Made by a program: the position numbers and the translations under genes. Positions 24,600-38,005 of a stretch of DNA of 64,000 nt are shown piece by piece; position 1 is the first letter of the stretch; each line of letters begins with the position of its first letter. The notes beneath the pieces were generated by a model. That model ran no database searches. It saw only the letters and a program-made list of their open reading frames with translations, and was not told the origin of the DNA. The stretch is from Isurus oxyrinchus (Eukaryota), in assembly GCA_026770705.1 (NCBI GenBank), contig JANJGN010000020.1, positions 9,300,001 to 9,364,000 on the forward strand. Reading direction: 5' to 3'.

Positions 24600-25060
24600 A
24601 GAACTGTGTATAGTTCTGGGCACCGCAACTTAGAAAGGATACACAGGTGTTGAAAGGAGATTCAATTCAGCTTCACTCGAATGCGACCAGGACTTCCAAG
24701 TGTTTGGTTATGAGGAGGGCTTACATAGGCTTGTGATCACTGGAATATTAAATGCGTAAGGTGATTTAATTGGGGTTTTTAGGAGTTTGAAAAGTATGGG
24801 TACAGTTGAAAGAGGGATTCTTTTTCTGCTGGTGGGGAAGTCTAGGACATTGGGGACATAACCTCAGAATCAGAGCCAGGCCATTCAGGAAAGAAATTAG
24901 GAAACACTTCTTCACACAAATGGTGCTGGAAGTGTGGAACTCTCTCCTATAAAAAGCATAAGATGCTAACTCTATTGCTAATATGAAATCTGAGATTGAT
25001 AAGATTTCTTGATAGCCAAGAGTAATAAAGAACATGGGGCCAAGGTGGATGAATGAAGTT
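24600..25060 (+). mobile_element. Old CR1 3' fragment
   Basis: GGACATAACCTCAGAATCAGAGCCAGGCCATTCAGG...CACTTCTTCACACAAA is CR1 tail-coding sequence. Confidence 0.7.
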
Positions 25061-25069
25061 ATGATAAAG

Positions 25070-26660
25070 ACTTCAGGAATTGTCCTGGGACACTAAGCGC
25101 AAACAATTGTTTCAGGAGAATGAAGGAAACATCTGCCATCTTCTCAAACAGAAACAGCTTGCACATGCAGCCCCGCAGTCAACAATCAAGCATCAAGCCT
25201 ATAAAAATGCTATAGCTCCAATGTACATTAAAGGGAGACGCTGAATGACTGGTGGAACGCAAAACCTGATGAGCTGCAAGATCCAGCTGACAGGCCCGAT
25301 CTGTGCTTTTACACTGTGAAGACTGCATATGGCCCACTCAACGTAACGTTCACTCTTATCCTATCAGGAGATAGAAATGAGCTATCATGGAAAGGTGGCA
25401 TGAGCAGTTTGTGAACTCAACAGGGACTCCACCTCACCACCTTGCCTGCAGCAAATTGAGCAGTTGTCTGGGTAAGAAAACCTGTCTTTTCCTCCTTCCA
25501 CTGAAGAGGTGATAAAGGCAATTAAATCAACCAAAAACAACAAAACCCCTGACCCAGACAGCATTCCAGCAGATTTGGAAGTGTCCTAGTACAGAGTTTG
25601 ATAACAAACTTATAACCATCTTCAAGAGTACCTGGGATCAGGAAAAGGTTCCACAGGACCTCAAGGTTGTCAACATAGTTAACATCTGGAAACAGGAAGG
25701 ATCCAAAAACATATGCAGCAACTACTGAGGAATAAGTCTTCTCTCAGTAGCAGGTAAAATCCTTGCAAGGATCCTGTTAAACTATCCACAAGTCACCTTC
25801 GTAGATGATCCCCCCCTGGAATCGCAGTGTGGTTTTAGGGCTAATCATGGGACAGCTGATATGGTGTCTGTAGCAAGACAGCTACAAGAAAAGTGCAGAA
25901 AGCAACATCAGGATCTATCTATGCTATTCAAAGACCTGACCGAAGCTTTTGACAGTGAGAATCAACCTGGTCTACAGGACTTGCTCTCAAAGCTAGGATG
26001 TCCTAACAAGTTTGTCAAAGCCCTACATTTACTGAATGATGGTATGGTTAGATGTGCTTGTGCCTGCAGCAAGATGTCCAGTACCTTTGCAGTAACCGGC
26101 AGGGTAAAATGAGGATGCATCGTGGCTCCCCAACTCTTCGATAACTTATTTGTTATACTGTTTTAAGGAACAGCATTTTGTTTGATTCAAGAGAGCTCTT
26201 CAATCTCTCCAGACTGCATGCCTCCACCAAAGTCACTGAGGGAGCAATCAGGGAGCTTCTGTAAGTAGATGATTGTGTACCAGCTGTCCACAACAAAGAA
26301 AACTTCTAGGCTACAACAAACAAATTCTCAAGTCCTGCCAAAAACCCTGGTCTCCAAATCAGTGTCTCCAAGATCGACCAGCCAGTACCAGGCACACGCT
26401 AGAAGCACCAGACATAACTGTTAAAGGCACAGGTTGTAGAAGAATTCCCATACCCTTCCCAGTGTGATGGCTGGGGATACTGCTACCGATGAAGGCATCA
26501 GTGCACACATCCAGAAAACGAGTTCGCCCTGCAGCCGACTCTGTGGTCGTGTGCGGAAGCAGCACAGCATTAAGCTGAGCACCAAAATCAGACTCTACCA
26601 AGGTACTGTCTTTTCTGCACTGCTCAATAGCGCAGACGGCTGGGTCTGCTACAGACATCA
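25070..26660 (+). mobile_element. RTE-clade LINE, degenerate RT
   Basis: Reads GISLLSVAGKILARILL, ESQCGFR, DMVSVARQLQEKCRKQHQDL..LFKDLTEAFDS, LSKLGCPNKFV and LSTKIRLYQ. Confidence 0.85.
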
Positions 26661-26779
26661 CGTCAGTCAGTGGCGATCCCCTATCCGACTCTTCAGTCAT
26701 GGCAGGAGCCAGAGGAGGCGGTGAAATCATCTACAGCTTGGACAGACTGAAATATCCAGGAATCCCGTTGAGGCTGAGC

Positions 26780-27560
26780 AGACTCCACAGCCTCTCCCGG
26801 CGTTGGGAGAGGGCTCCGGGCTGGAGAATTTCTGCCGTCCACGGAGAGGGAAGGGGGATTTCCCCCCCTCCCCTCCCCTCCCAATCTCTGCGAAGGTGGC
26901 TGAGGGGCCTCCACCTCTTCCTCTTTCACTCACCCTGAGCTCGGCCTCTCCCGGCCCGCCGGGCCCGGGCTGGAGGGGACAAACCTTGAAGACTGAACCC
27001 GGGCCCGAGGCCCAGCTCGGCTCCCCGCACGGTGCCCATGGGGCGGGCACATTCCGGCGGTTACACTCCGTGCATCAGCTGCCCGGCTCTGCTCCTCGCT
27101 CGGCCCCAGTAACTAACCCGCGGGCGGGCGGGACGGGGGTGGGGGAGGGGGCGGCCAGAGGCCACAGCCAGGGCCTGAGGATGGGGCCAAACACAGACGC
27201 CGCCAACACACTTCCGGTCCGGTTGCCCGGGTGACCCTCCACAGTTTCCTAAATGTACCGGGAGGGGACTGTCACTCACCGTTACGTCACCATCACAATG
27301 GGGCGGAAACCTGCCCCGTAACCCCGCCCCCTCCACTGGTCCACGTCCTTCCATGAGCCCCGTCCCTAACCCCCATGGTCCCGCCCAACGACCGGCCCCG
27401 CCCCGCGCTGGCCTCGCCCCTCCCCTGGATACGCGCGTTCATTGGCCCCGCCCTTAATTAGCCCCGCCCTCTAGTGACCCCACCGCATCACCGCCCCTCC
27501 ACAAACAACCGCCCCCCCCCCGGGATGACATTTTTTCCCGCCTGTTAATCGGCGACCCTT
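26780..27560 (-). promoter_or_regulatory. PARP11: CpG island / PARP11 promoter and non-coding first exon
   Basis: Sharp GC/CpG enrichment. ETS motif CACTTCCGGT at 27209-27218, CRE-like TTACGTCA at 27282-27289, several CCCCGCCC GC boxes at 27322-27470, and ATTGG (CCAAT on minus) at 27441. Minus-strand donor G|GTGAGT after 26934. Confidence 0.8.
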
Positions 27561-27727
27561 TGCCTCAGACGATATTCCGGCAGGTGGCTCAGCTTCAGCT
27601 CCTCAGGATTCAGGTTAAGGTCTTCACTTGGGGTCAGTCACAGGTCACTTCAGTGTTTGGCTTCAGCTCCAACTCCCCATGCCCCAGTCTAGGGTTCATT
27701 CCTCATCCCTCATTTACCACCGCTTTA

Positions 27728-28160
27728 ATCATAGAATTGTACAGCCCAGAAACAGGCCCTTCGGCCCATCATGTCCGTGCCGGCCATCAAGCGCCTATCT
27801 ATTCCAATCCCATTTTCCAGCACGTGGCCCGTGGCCCTGTTTGCTCTGGCGTTTCAAGTGCTCCTCTAAGTACATCTTAATTGTTGTGAGGGTTGCTGCC
27901 TCTCCCACCCCCTCAGGCAGAATGTTCCAGAGTCCAGCAGAGTCCAACCACTCTGGTGTGAATATTTGTTTTTCCCCGAAATCCCCACTAAACCGCCTGC
28001 CCCTTACCCTAAATCTGTACCCCCTGGTTTTTGACCCCCTCCACTAAGGGGAAAAGTTTCTTCCTATCTACCCTGTCTCTACCCCTCATAATTTTGTACA
28101 CCTCAATCAGGTCCTCCCTCAGCCTTCACTTGCTCTAAGGAAAACAACCCCACCCTATCC
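27728..28160 (-). mobile_element. CR1 LINE 3' end
   Basis: CR1 tail ATCATAGAATTGTACAGCCCAGAAACAGGCCCTTCGGCCC plus antisense RT C-terminus. Confidence 0.85.
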
Positions 28161-29645
28161 AAAACAGAAATACCTGGAAAAACTCAGCAGGTCTGGCAGC
28201 ATCGACGGAGGAGAGCACAGTTGATGTTTCGAGTCCTCATGACCCTTCAACAGAACTAAGTAAAAATAGGAAAGGGGTGAAATATAAGCTGGTTTAGTGG
28301 GGGGGGGGAACGGGACAAGAAGAGCTAGGTAAAGGGCCAGTGATAGGTGGAGATAACCAAAAGATGTCACAGACAAAAGGACAAAGAGGTGTTGAAGGTG
28401 GTGATATTATCTAAAGGAATGTGCTAATTAAGGGTAGAAAGCAGGACGAGCAAGGTACAGATAGCCCTAGTGGGGATGGGGTGGGGTGAAGGAATCTAAA
28501 AAGGCTAAAAGGTAGAGATAAAACAATGGATGGAAATACATTTAAAAATAATGGAAATAGGTGAGAAAAGAAAAATCTATATAAATTACTGGAAAAAACA
28601 AAAAGGAGGGGGAAAAAATGGAAAGGGGGTTGGGATGGAGGAGAGAGTTCATAATCTAAAATTATTGAACTCAATATTCAGTCCGGAAGGCTGTAAAGTG
28701 CCTAATCGGAAGATGAGGTGCTGTTCTTCCAGTTTGCGTTTAGCTTCACTGGAACAATGCAGCAAGCCAAGGACGGACATGTGGGCATGGTGGAGTGTTG
28801 AAATGGCAAGCGACAGGAAGGTCTGGGTAATGCTTGCAGACAGACTGAAGGTGTTCTGCAAAGCGGTCACCCAGTCTGCGTTTGGTCTCTCCAATGTAGA
28901 GGAAACCGCATTGGGAGCAACGAATGCATTAGATTAAGTTAAGGGAAGTTCAAGTGAAATGCTGCTTCACTTGAAAAGAGTGTTTGGGGCCTTGGACGGT
29001 GAGGAGAGGGGAAGTGAAGGGGCAGGTGTTGCATCTTCTGCGGTTGCATGGGAAGGTGCCCTGGGAGGGGGTTGAGGAGTAGGGGTGATGGAGAAGGGTG
29101 TCACGGAGGGAACAATCCCTACGGAATGCTGCAGGGGGGGTGAAGGGAAGATGTGTTCGGTGGTGGCATCATGCTGGAGTTGGTGGAAATGGCGGAGGAT
29201 GATCCTTTGAATGCGGAGGTTGGTGAGGTGATAAATGAGGACAAGGGAGACCCTATCATGTTTCTGGGAGGGAGGAGAAGATGTGAGGACGGATGCGCGG
29301 GAGATGGGTCAGACACGGTTGAGGGCCCTGTCAACCACCGTGGGTGGAAAACCTCGGTTAAGGAAGAAGGAGGACATGTCAGAGGAACTCTTTTTGAAAG
29401 TGGCATCATCAGAACAGATGCGACGGAGGCGAAGGAACTGAGAGAATGGGATGGAGTCCTTTCAGGAAGTGGGGTGTGAGGAGCTGTGGGAGTCGGTAGG
29501 CTTGTAATGGATATTGGTGGACAGTCTATCACCAGAAATTGAGACAGAGAGGTCAAGGAAGGGAAGAGAAGTGTCAAAGATGGACCATGTGAAAATGATG
29601 GAGGGGTGGAAATCGGAAGCAAAATTAATAAATTTTTCTAGGTCT
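28161..29645 (-). mobile_element. Penelope-like retroelement 3' part (RT thumb + GIY-YIG endonuclease + terminus)
   Basis: Minus-strand peptides IHYKPTDSH, PFSQFLRLRRICSDDATF and SVLGLLHCSSEAKRKLEEQHLIFRLGTLQPSGLNIEFNNF (PLE GIY-YIG C-terminus); the terminus matches the dispersed hairpin repeats. Confidence 0.88.
28219..28257 (-). ncRNA. Hammerhead-like motif at the Penelope 3' terminus (variant core CUGUUGA)
   Basis: Reads AGTT CTGTTGA A GGGTC-ATGAG-GACTC GAAAC ATC AACT, in sense to the PLE ORF. Confidence 0.45.
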
Positions 29646-31284
29646 CGTCCTTCCCCTTATTCAGGAGCTTTATTTCTGGTCCATCTTTGCCCTTTTCCAT
29701 AACTACCTTAAACTTAGAGTTATGGTCACTTTCCTTGAAATGCTCCCCACTGACACTTCTACCACTTGCCTGGCTTCATTCCCTAAGATTAGGTCCAGTA
29801 CCGCCCCTTTTCTTGTAGGACTTTCTTACATGAAGGCTCAAAAAGCTTTCCTGGAATGCACTTTAAGAATTTCGCCCCCTCTAAGCCTTTCACACTAAGA
29901 TTATCCCAGTCTTACTACTATTATTATCCTATTATTTTTACACTTCTCTGAGATTTGCGTACACATCTACTCCTTTATCTCCCGCAGACTGTTTGGAAGC
30001 CTATAGTACACCTAAGACCTAGCTATTCCTCCTGTGCTTTCATTTCTTGACATTATTCCTCCTGTGACAGTTAGAAGTATGTCTCTCTCAAAGATTAGAA
30101 TTGGAATGTGCAAGCCATGGGTGATCATCCCCTCTTGCTTTTACTGACTCATTTCTTCCTTCCTTTTGTTTCACTAATAGTTACTATTTTTGTTTGGCTC
30201 ATACTTTCCGTTTGCCCAATTTCATTTTCCATTATCCATCGCCATCTGGGGTTTTGGTTCAAGGAATTTGTTCATAAGAGGGCTTTCAAAAGGAAATTGG
30301 ATAAGCTCCTGAAAAGAAAACATTTTCAGGGCTACAGCAAAAGGGCATGGGAGTAGGACTACCTGAGCCACTCTTGCAGGGAACTGGCATGGACGCTACA
30401 GGCTGAATGGCCTAAGCAGTAATCATTCTATAACCTTCTTCCTCCTTCAGGCACCATGCTCTGAGAGAATGTTGGCGACCATCGACTTAAATTGGATTGG
30501 AGCATGATTATGCTTGGCAAAGTACTATAGTAGTTGCTGTTGCCTTGTACTGTATGGCTCACCAGGAAACTCTCCCACTCTTAGCGTCTGCCACCAGGCA
30601 TATTGGACAGATTTACAGGCTGATAATCAACCTGTTTGGCCACATTTTGAACCCACCTTCCATGGCCATCAAGTTCTGAAGTGGGACTTGAACCCGGAGT
30701 TCTGACCCAGAGGTAGATATGCAACCACTGCATCATAAGACCTCTCTAACCATAGCTAATTTATTTTCATTTTACTCCTCTTGCCCTCTCTCCTCTGAAT
30801 TCACATCAACTCTCTCTCCTCCATTGGGACTCTTTTTAACATCCATCTAATTTGACTGAACTTTCAGTCACCCTCTGAATACCTTCTGACTGATGATGTG
30901 AGCTGCTGAAAAAAAGAGACATGCTCTCGAAGCGTTAAAGCTTAGACAGCATCTCTTTTGTCAGCTATACTCAAGTGTTGTACCACCATCAACTATTTTT
31001 GGATAAGGGTTTTAGACTCGGATTCGGGTTCTTAAGATTGGGGTCATTAGGGGTTGGTTTGTTCGGAAGTGTTGTTATCTAATTTGGTGCAGATAATAAA
31101 AGATTTTTTTTTCAATGGTGAGAGGCAAGGAAATATTTACATTCAGAGACATAGGATTTAGGAGCAGGGGTAGGCAATTCAGCCCTTTGCACCATCTCCA
31201 CCATTCAATAAGATCATAGCTGATCTGGTTGTTGTCTCAACTCCACTTTCTTGTCTGCCCACCATAACCCTCAATCAAAAATCT

Positions 31285-34200
31285 GGGTGTTGTTGTAAAT
31301 GAAGCACAAAAAGTTTACATACAGGTTCAGCAAGCAATTAGGAAATCAAATGGTATGTTAGCTTTTGTTACAAAGGGATTGGCACGTAAGAATTAAGAAA
31401 TCTTACTACAATTAGTAGTGTGTGAGGCCACACCTGGAGTATAGTGTGCAAATTTGGTCTTCTTACCTAAGGAAGGATAAACTTGCTCTAGTTGGAGTGC
31501 AATGAAGGTTCACTCAACTGATTCCTGGAGTGAAGGAATTGTTCTATTAGGGAAAATATAGTAGACTAAGCCTAAATTTCCTGGAGTTAGAAAAATGAGT
31601 GATGGTCTAACTGAAAGATGTAAAATTCCTAAGAGTCTTTATTAAATGCTGAGAAAATATTTCCCCTGGCTGTGGACAATTGGCTGATTAGGGAGCAAAA
31701 AGGGGATTTACACATGGAGGCAGGGAGCATGGCTGAGGTGTTAAATGACTGCATCTGTCTTTACCAAGGAAACAGATGCTATCCAGGCCATGGTGACATA
31801 GGAGGAAACTCTGTCACTACAAGTGTTCAAAACTGATAAGGAGGAGGTATTGCAGAAGCTGTTGGTACTTAAAGTTGACAAGGCATTGGGACCGGATGAG
31901 ATGCATCCAAGTGTCACGAAACTATCATATTTTTCATAATAGTATTGTGGGATATTGTAAGGTAGGCTTATGTATGTGTGTGTGGTTCTATGGGTGGCTG
32001 ATTTAATTGAATTAGAGTTGGATAGACTGCAAGGTTGAAATTATCAAAAGAGTTAGGTGTAAAAAGAAATGCTGATGAGTGAGCTAGGGTAAAAGTCTCA
32101 GCAGATAGGGTGTGAATGAAATTTGCATTTTAAGATATGTGGAGAGATGTTTGGGTTTCAAAGGAACATGATAAAGTTTTATAACTGACAGGATAAATAG
32201 GACAAGCTTATTACATTGACAACATGAAAGATTTTTATATTATGGGAAAAGTAAGTTACAAGGACATATGGGAACGATGGGATTTAGAGATTAAAGCGAA
32301 AGAGATATATGTGAAGAAAGATGGAAGGTTGTGTAAGATCGAAAAGATACATCATGTGAAACAGACTTGGGTGAACAGCTTCTAGCTACTTTGCAGAAGT
32401 CTGCTGTTCCAGTAACCAAAGTTATTTTAAAAGCCTTTGGAATTCCACTGTCGAATGGGTGCTAGATTACATATCTAAATCTAAAATCTGTTTTGGACTG
32501 TTGCCTTAAAGGGGGCGTAGTTGGGAGTCAGGGTAATTAGGAATGTTGGGGTTTGTTATAATATTAAGTAACGGCGTAACTGTAATCTTGTGTATATGTT
32601 TTATTCCCTTCTTTTGTTAATAAATGTTTTAATTTAGTTTTTAAAATCTCTAAAGGTGTTAGTGGACTCATTACTCCTGAATTCAATGCACAAACTTTCT
32701 CATAATAAACAGAAAATTGCAAAACTATTGTGATAGCCTGACCAAGTTTCCCTTGTGGATTTGGACAGCCTGGCAAATACCACCTGCTGTATCATAACAC
32801 ATGGGTATTGAAGAAGTGAGAGTGGAAATTGCGGAGGAACTAGCCATAATCTTTCAGTCCTCCCTAGACTCAGAAGAAGTGCCAGAGGACTGGAGAATTA
32901 TAAACATTACCTCCTTTTTAAAAAAGGGTTGTAAGGATAAGCCCAACAATCAACTTTGGTGTTGGGCAAGCTTCTAGAAATAATTTTTCAGCATAAAATT
33001 GATAGTCACATGGAAAAATGTGTGTTAACTAGGAAGAGCCAGCATGGATTCCTTAAAAGAAATTGTGTTTAACGAACTTGCTGGAGTTTTTTGAAGAGAT
33101 AACAGAGAGGGTTGATGAGGGTAATGCTGTTGATGTGGTATACATGGACTTTCAAAAAGCATTCAATACAATGCCACACAACAGACTTGTGAGGAAAGCT
33201 TTAGCTCATGGAATAAAAGGGACAGTATCAACGTGGATATAAAATTGGCTGAGTAATAGGAAACAGCGAGTAATGGTTAATCAATACTTTTCAGGCTGGA
33301 GGAGTATTTGTAGTGGAGTTCCCCAGGGGTCAGTATTGGGACCCATACTTTTCCTGATATCTGTTAATGATCTAGATCTTGATGTGCAGGGGACAATTTC
33401 AAAGTCTGCAGATGATAAAAAACTTGGAAGCATTGTAAACTGCTAGGAGGACAGTGTAGAACTTCAAAAGGACATATACAAGTTGGTGGAGTGGGCAGAT
33501 AGATGGCAGATGAAGTTCAATGTGGAGAAGTGTGAGGTGATTCATTTTGGTAGGAAGAACACAGAGACAATATAAAATAAGGGGTACAACTAAAGCATGT
33601 GCAGGACCAGAGGGACCTGGGTGTACATGTGCATAAGTCATTAAAGATGGCAGGACAAGTGGAGAGAGCAGTTAATAAAGCATATAGTATCCTAGGCTTT
33701 ATTAATAATGACACAGAGTACAAGACCAAGGAGGTTATACTGAACTTGTATAAGACACTAGTTAGACCTCAGCTGGAGTATTGTGTACAGTTCTAGGTGC
33801 CACACTTTAGGAAGGATGTGAAAGCATTAGAGAGAGTGCAGAAGAGCTCCCATGAACCAAGAATGGTTCAAGAGATGAGAAACATCAGTTATGAAGATAG
33901 ATTGAAAAAGTTGTAACTGTTCTCCTTGGAGTGGAGAAGTCTAAGAAGAGATTTGATAGAGGTGTTCAAAAACATGAGGAGGCTGGACAGAGTAGCTAGG
34001 GAGAAACTGTTCCCACTCATAAAAAGATCAAGAACAAAAGAGCACAGATTTAAAGTTATTTGCAAAAGAAGCAAATGTGATGTGAGAAAAAATGTTTTCA
34101 TACGCAGTGGTTTGAGTCTGGAATACACTGCCCGGAAGTGTGGTGGAGGCAGGTTCAATCAAGGCATTCAAGAGGGCATTTGATGATTATTTGAAAAGAA

Positions 34201-34630
34201 ACAATATGCAGGGATACAGGGAAAAGGCAGGAGAATGGCACTAGGTCATAATGCTGATTCGGAGGGCAAGTGCAGACATGATGGGCCAAATGGCCTCCTT
34301 CTGCACCGTAATAATTCTGTGATAGTGTGATTCTGGAATCTAGAATATGGGGTCATAGTCTCAGAATAAGGGTTCAGCCATTTAGGACTGAAATGAGGAG
34401 AGATTACTTCACTCAGAGGGATGTGAATCTTTGGAATCCTATACTCTAGTGGGCTGTGTACATTCAGCCATTGCGTATACCCAAGAAAGAGATTGATCTA
34501 TTTTTGGGTACTAAGGGAATTGAGAGATATGAGGATAGTGCAAGAAGATGGAGTTGAGATAGAAGATTGGCCATGATTGTATTAAATGGCAGAGCAGACT
34601 TGGAGGGCCAACTCCTATTTCTTATGTTCC
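31285..34630 (+). mobile_element. Nested CR1 cluster: older CR1/L2 (31285-31676 and 34335-34630) containing a longer CR1 (31680-34330)
   Basis: The outer element breaks at TTTCCCCTGGCTGTGGA and resumes at GGAATCTAGAATATGGGGTCATAGTCTC. The inner element has PEDWRI, SQHGF, VVYMDFQKAF, QGSVLGP and LYKTLVRPQLEYCVQF. Confidence 0.85.
31912..32799 (+). mobile_element. Solo LTR inserted in the inner CR1
   Basis: Termini TGTCACGA...TCATAACA, imperfect 4-bp TSD CAAG/CATG, and AATAAA signals. CR1 sequence GATGCATCCAAG resumes as GGTATTGAAGAAGTGAGAG. Confidence 0.75.
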
Positions 34631-35019
34631 TAGTACTTGGGGTACTTTGGATTTGTGAGTTAGGTTTTGGGGTTAGACTTAATGTTTGGGATTTGCATTT
34701 GGATTCAAGTTAGGGTTGCAATTGGTGAGAGAGGCGTAGGGCTAGTTAGGTTTTAGGGTTAGTATTAGTGTTCAGGGTTGGGGTTATCACAACTCCTACT
34801 CTCGCAGTTTATTACAGCTCCCACTCTATTAATTGTATTTAATTGCATGCAGGTGATGGAAATTAACTGAACATTCACTCGATCCCCTTCGGATGTAACA
34901 GGAAGTCTGTGTAACACATCTTTCAAATTAAGTGGTTGCAGCTCCTCTTTGACAATCTGAAGAGAGATACTCCTCAATTTCTGGCTGAACTTCAATCTCA
35001 CACTCCTTACCCAATGCGG

Positions 35020-35250
35020 AGGGGAGCAGACAGATTGGAGGACTTCCTCATGGAACTGCTCCTGGGCCTAGCCAAGGTGGCTTTAATTAGTCCATGCAGT
35101 GAGAGTTGAAAAGGTCATTCAACCCTACTTCCTGACTCGTCTGTCCACACCCATGTGCCCCTGGTTAGGGTGCAAGCGGTGTCTGCCAGTACTATTGACC
35201 ATAGTGGCACCCCAGAAATCTCACCTTAATTTGATTGGCTAAGTCTCCTT
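35020..35250 (+). mobile_element. Old Tx1/L1-clade 3' fragment
   Basis: CTGCTCCTGGGCCTAGCCAAGGTGGC is similar to 41210-41240. Confidence 0.6.
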
Positions 35251-35389
35251 TAAAGTTTCTGGCTTTTTTGTAACAGTATATTAGTGGTGGCCCTTTCAAA
35301 GGGCACTTAGTCCTCTTTATGGCAACCCTCTGGTTGGATCAAAAGAGGTATAAATAGGCACAGACTAAAACTGTAGTTGTTGGGTTCAG

Positions 35390-35935
35390 AGATGCGTGCT
35401 TGTAATGCATTCCTCCTGGAACAAATGGGGCATTTCATGGTGACACAAATTTATGGAGGACTCAATGATTGTCAGATTTCAAAATGGTCCAGTTACTGGA
35501 TGCATGCATCGGTACATTGGAAATGTTAAAGACAAGCAAAATGAGGATGAAAGCACCTCTAGCAGATCTGGCTATTACAGCAGAAGGCAGAATTGGGGCT
35601 GCAAAAATAGGGAAATGAATCCCAGGAATATCCAAGGAGCAGTTAAAAGGTGCCTCAGATGTAATTCAAAGTATAATTGTGTAATGAACTGCCCAAAGCG
35701 GAGAGACAGGGTCTTCAAAATGATACATGACACAGAGAATTCTGAGGAATAAGATGAAGATAGTGATGAATCCAAACAGGTTATACTGGTCACAAAGAGT
35801 TTTAGTCCTGTGATGAATGTGTTAGTCATAGACTTGTTTAGCTGTGCAGTTCTAGATAGTACTTGCACTTCAGTAGTATGCGGAACAGATTGGTTAAAAT
35901 TTTACATTGATTTGCTAAATAGTGAGGACAGACAC
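35390..35935 (+). mobile_element. LTR retrotransposon gag/protease remnant
   Basis: Zinc-knuckle-like RCLRCNSKYNCVMNCP and aspartic-protease-like AVLDSTCTSVVCGTDWLKFY. Confidence 0.65.
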
Positions 35936-37129
35936 ATACACCTGAGTTTCCTATAAATAGACATGGAGTAACACTGTGGCATTTGGGATTAATAAATGTG
36001 TGCTTTTAATGTGTAAATGTATAAATAAACATAAAGTGTGTAAAGATTGGCTCCAGTTCTATCCTTCACCGACTGGCTTATTGGAATTCAAAGAGCCCCT
36101 GTTGCTTCATCCCATCCCGATCTTGTTACTTCAGCATCCAAAGTGCCCAATGTGTTTTAGTGATGTCAACTGAGGGTTTAATATTGGCCAGAAGACTGCA
36201 GCCTCAGTTTTTCCTGTACATTTACCAAAGACTTAGCTGAATGAATAGCGAATCGTATATCACGGTTTTCTGGTAACACTATTAGGTGCCACCATCAGTA
36301 GTGGATGTGGGAATAAAAATTTGCAATGGCACATTGATATTTTAAGTGAATGCGGAAACTGGGGTAATTGAGGTTTAATGTGGGGAAATGTGAGTAATAA
36401 CCGGGGGATAAAGCAAAAAAAAATTAAACGCTACTGGAGTGTTCATCTTCATTTCAAGGGGACTAGAATATAAACAGGTGGAAGTTATGCTAAAATGGTC
36501 TAAAGTTCTGGGTACTAAACCTCAAGAAGGAGATATTGATCATCCAGAGTGAGGATCACAGATTAATAAAGGACTCAGTTTAATTAATACAGACGAGTAC
36601 AGATTGCATTGACGAGGCTTGTATTGGCTTGAACATAGAAGATTAAGTAGTGTTGTAATTGAAGTGTTAAAGATGATTAAAGAAGTTAATAGGGCAGATG
36701 GTAGGGGTGGTGGTTGCAGTGGAGTTTGGAACAAGGGGGCACAACCTTAAAATTAGAGTTAGATTGTTCAAGGGTGATGTGAAGCACTTCTTCACACAAA
36801 GGCTAGAGGAAATCTGGAACTTTTTTCCTTTGTATGTTCAATAGGTCTCACAAAGAGGTCCTGAGTCTTGTATGGTTGAACATAAAGTATTTTTTGATAA
36901 TACATAACCATGTGCATGTATACAATGTATAGCCCAAGTTATGAGCTAACTCCATGCTTGCTTGTATACAGGTCTCTGTCCAGTCCACACTTCTCTCACT
37001 CATCTCAGGTCATGTGGCTCATTACCTCATACTGTGGGCAATACCATTTCTCAGTCCCACATGCTATGCCAGATACCCTTATATTACATAAAGCTGTTCA
37101 GGCTGGGGGTTGTCAATAGAAAAATTCAG

Positions 37130-37500
37130 AAATGATCAAAGGTAGGGAGGGTTGAGGCCATGGATAGATTTGAAATCAAGGATGAGAGTTTTAAAAATCG
37201 AGGCATTGCTTAAACAAAGCAGGGTAGTAAGGTCAGGGTGATGGTGATGGGAACTTGGTGTGAATAAGGACACAAGCAGCAGAGCTTTGGATGTGCTTGA
37301 GTTTAAGGCAGGTAGATCATGGGAGGCCAGCCAGGAGTGTATGCAATAGTCATCTGGAGGTAACTAAAGTATGGATGAGGGTTTCAATTGCAGATGAGGT
37401 GTTAGGTGACACTATGGCAACGGAATGAGATGGTTTTAGTAATGACACAAATACGTGGTTGAAAACTCATCTGGTAGGAAATATAACACCAAAGTTGTGA
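37130..37500 (-). mobile_element. L2-type LINE fragment
   Basis: Similar to 22540-22730 (GATGAGAGTTTTAAAA..., AATAGTCATCTGGAGGTAAC). Confidence 0.7.
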
Positions 37501-37929
37501 ACACAGATTACCTTTCCAGTGAAGGTAATAACCCTTTAAATATTACAATACTACAGATCTGAGCCATAACCGAGTTTTCATTCATTCTATTTGTAGGATT
37601 ATTAGTGATTAATGGGAGACAGCCCTCAGCTGGACTGGATGTGATCTGCCCATTTTTCATTCAATCAGAAGCTTTGTCAATTAAGAGGAACTAAGTTCCC
37701 CTTTTGAAAAGGGCGTTACAGACTGAAGAGAATTTAGCTCTCAAATTAAAATGACATTCTTGGAGGGAAGCTTGATGATGCGCTTCCCTGTGGTGTCTAC
37801 ATTGCTGCTCATTTACAGCCTGCCTCCCAATTGCCTCGCAAGGTGTCAATCGAGCTGCTAAAGTGAAATGATGGTTAATGACTTCTACTTATTGCTCGAG
37901 GCCCGGTGTGGAAATAGTAGCTGAGCAGA

Positions 37930-38005
37930 ATGCTGTGCACCAGTGGTGTGACCCTGGCGCTGTTTTTCTCTGCAGTCGCGTTAAAAGGAGTCCAGGAACC
38001 TAGAG
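37930..38005 (+). CDS. ZP gene exon 1 (signal peptide)
   Basis: Reads MLCTSGVTLALFFSAVALKGVQEPR; donor G|GTAAAT; local CpG enrichment at about 37.9-38.5 kb. Confidence 0.65.

Noticed and set aside
26693-27354. Several overlapping Pro/Gly-rich ORFs (up to 143 aa)
   Set aside because: A by-product of CpG-island composition; no domain similarity. PARP11 coding sequence starts at 22947 in my reconstruction.
37601-37886. HNF1-like sites (ATTAGTGATTAAT, GTTAATGACTTCT) upstream of the ZP gene
   Set aside because: Only 8-9 of 12 consensus positions match in AT-rich DNA; not distinguishable from chance without conservation data.
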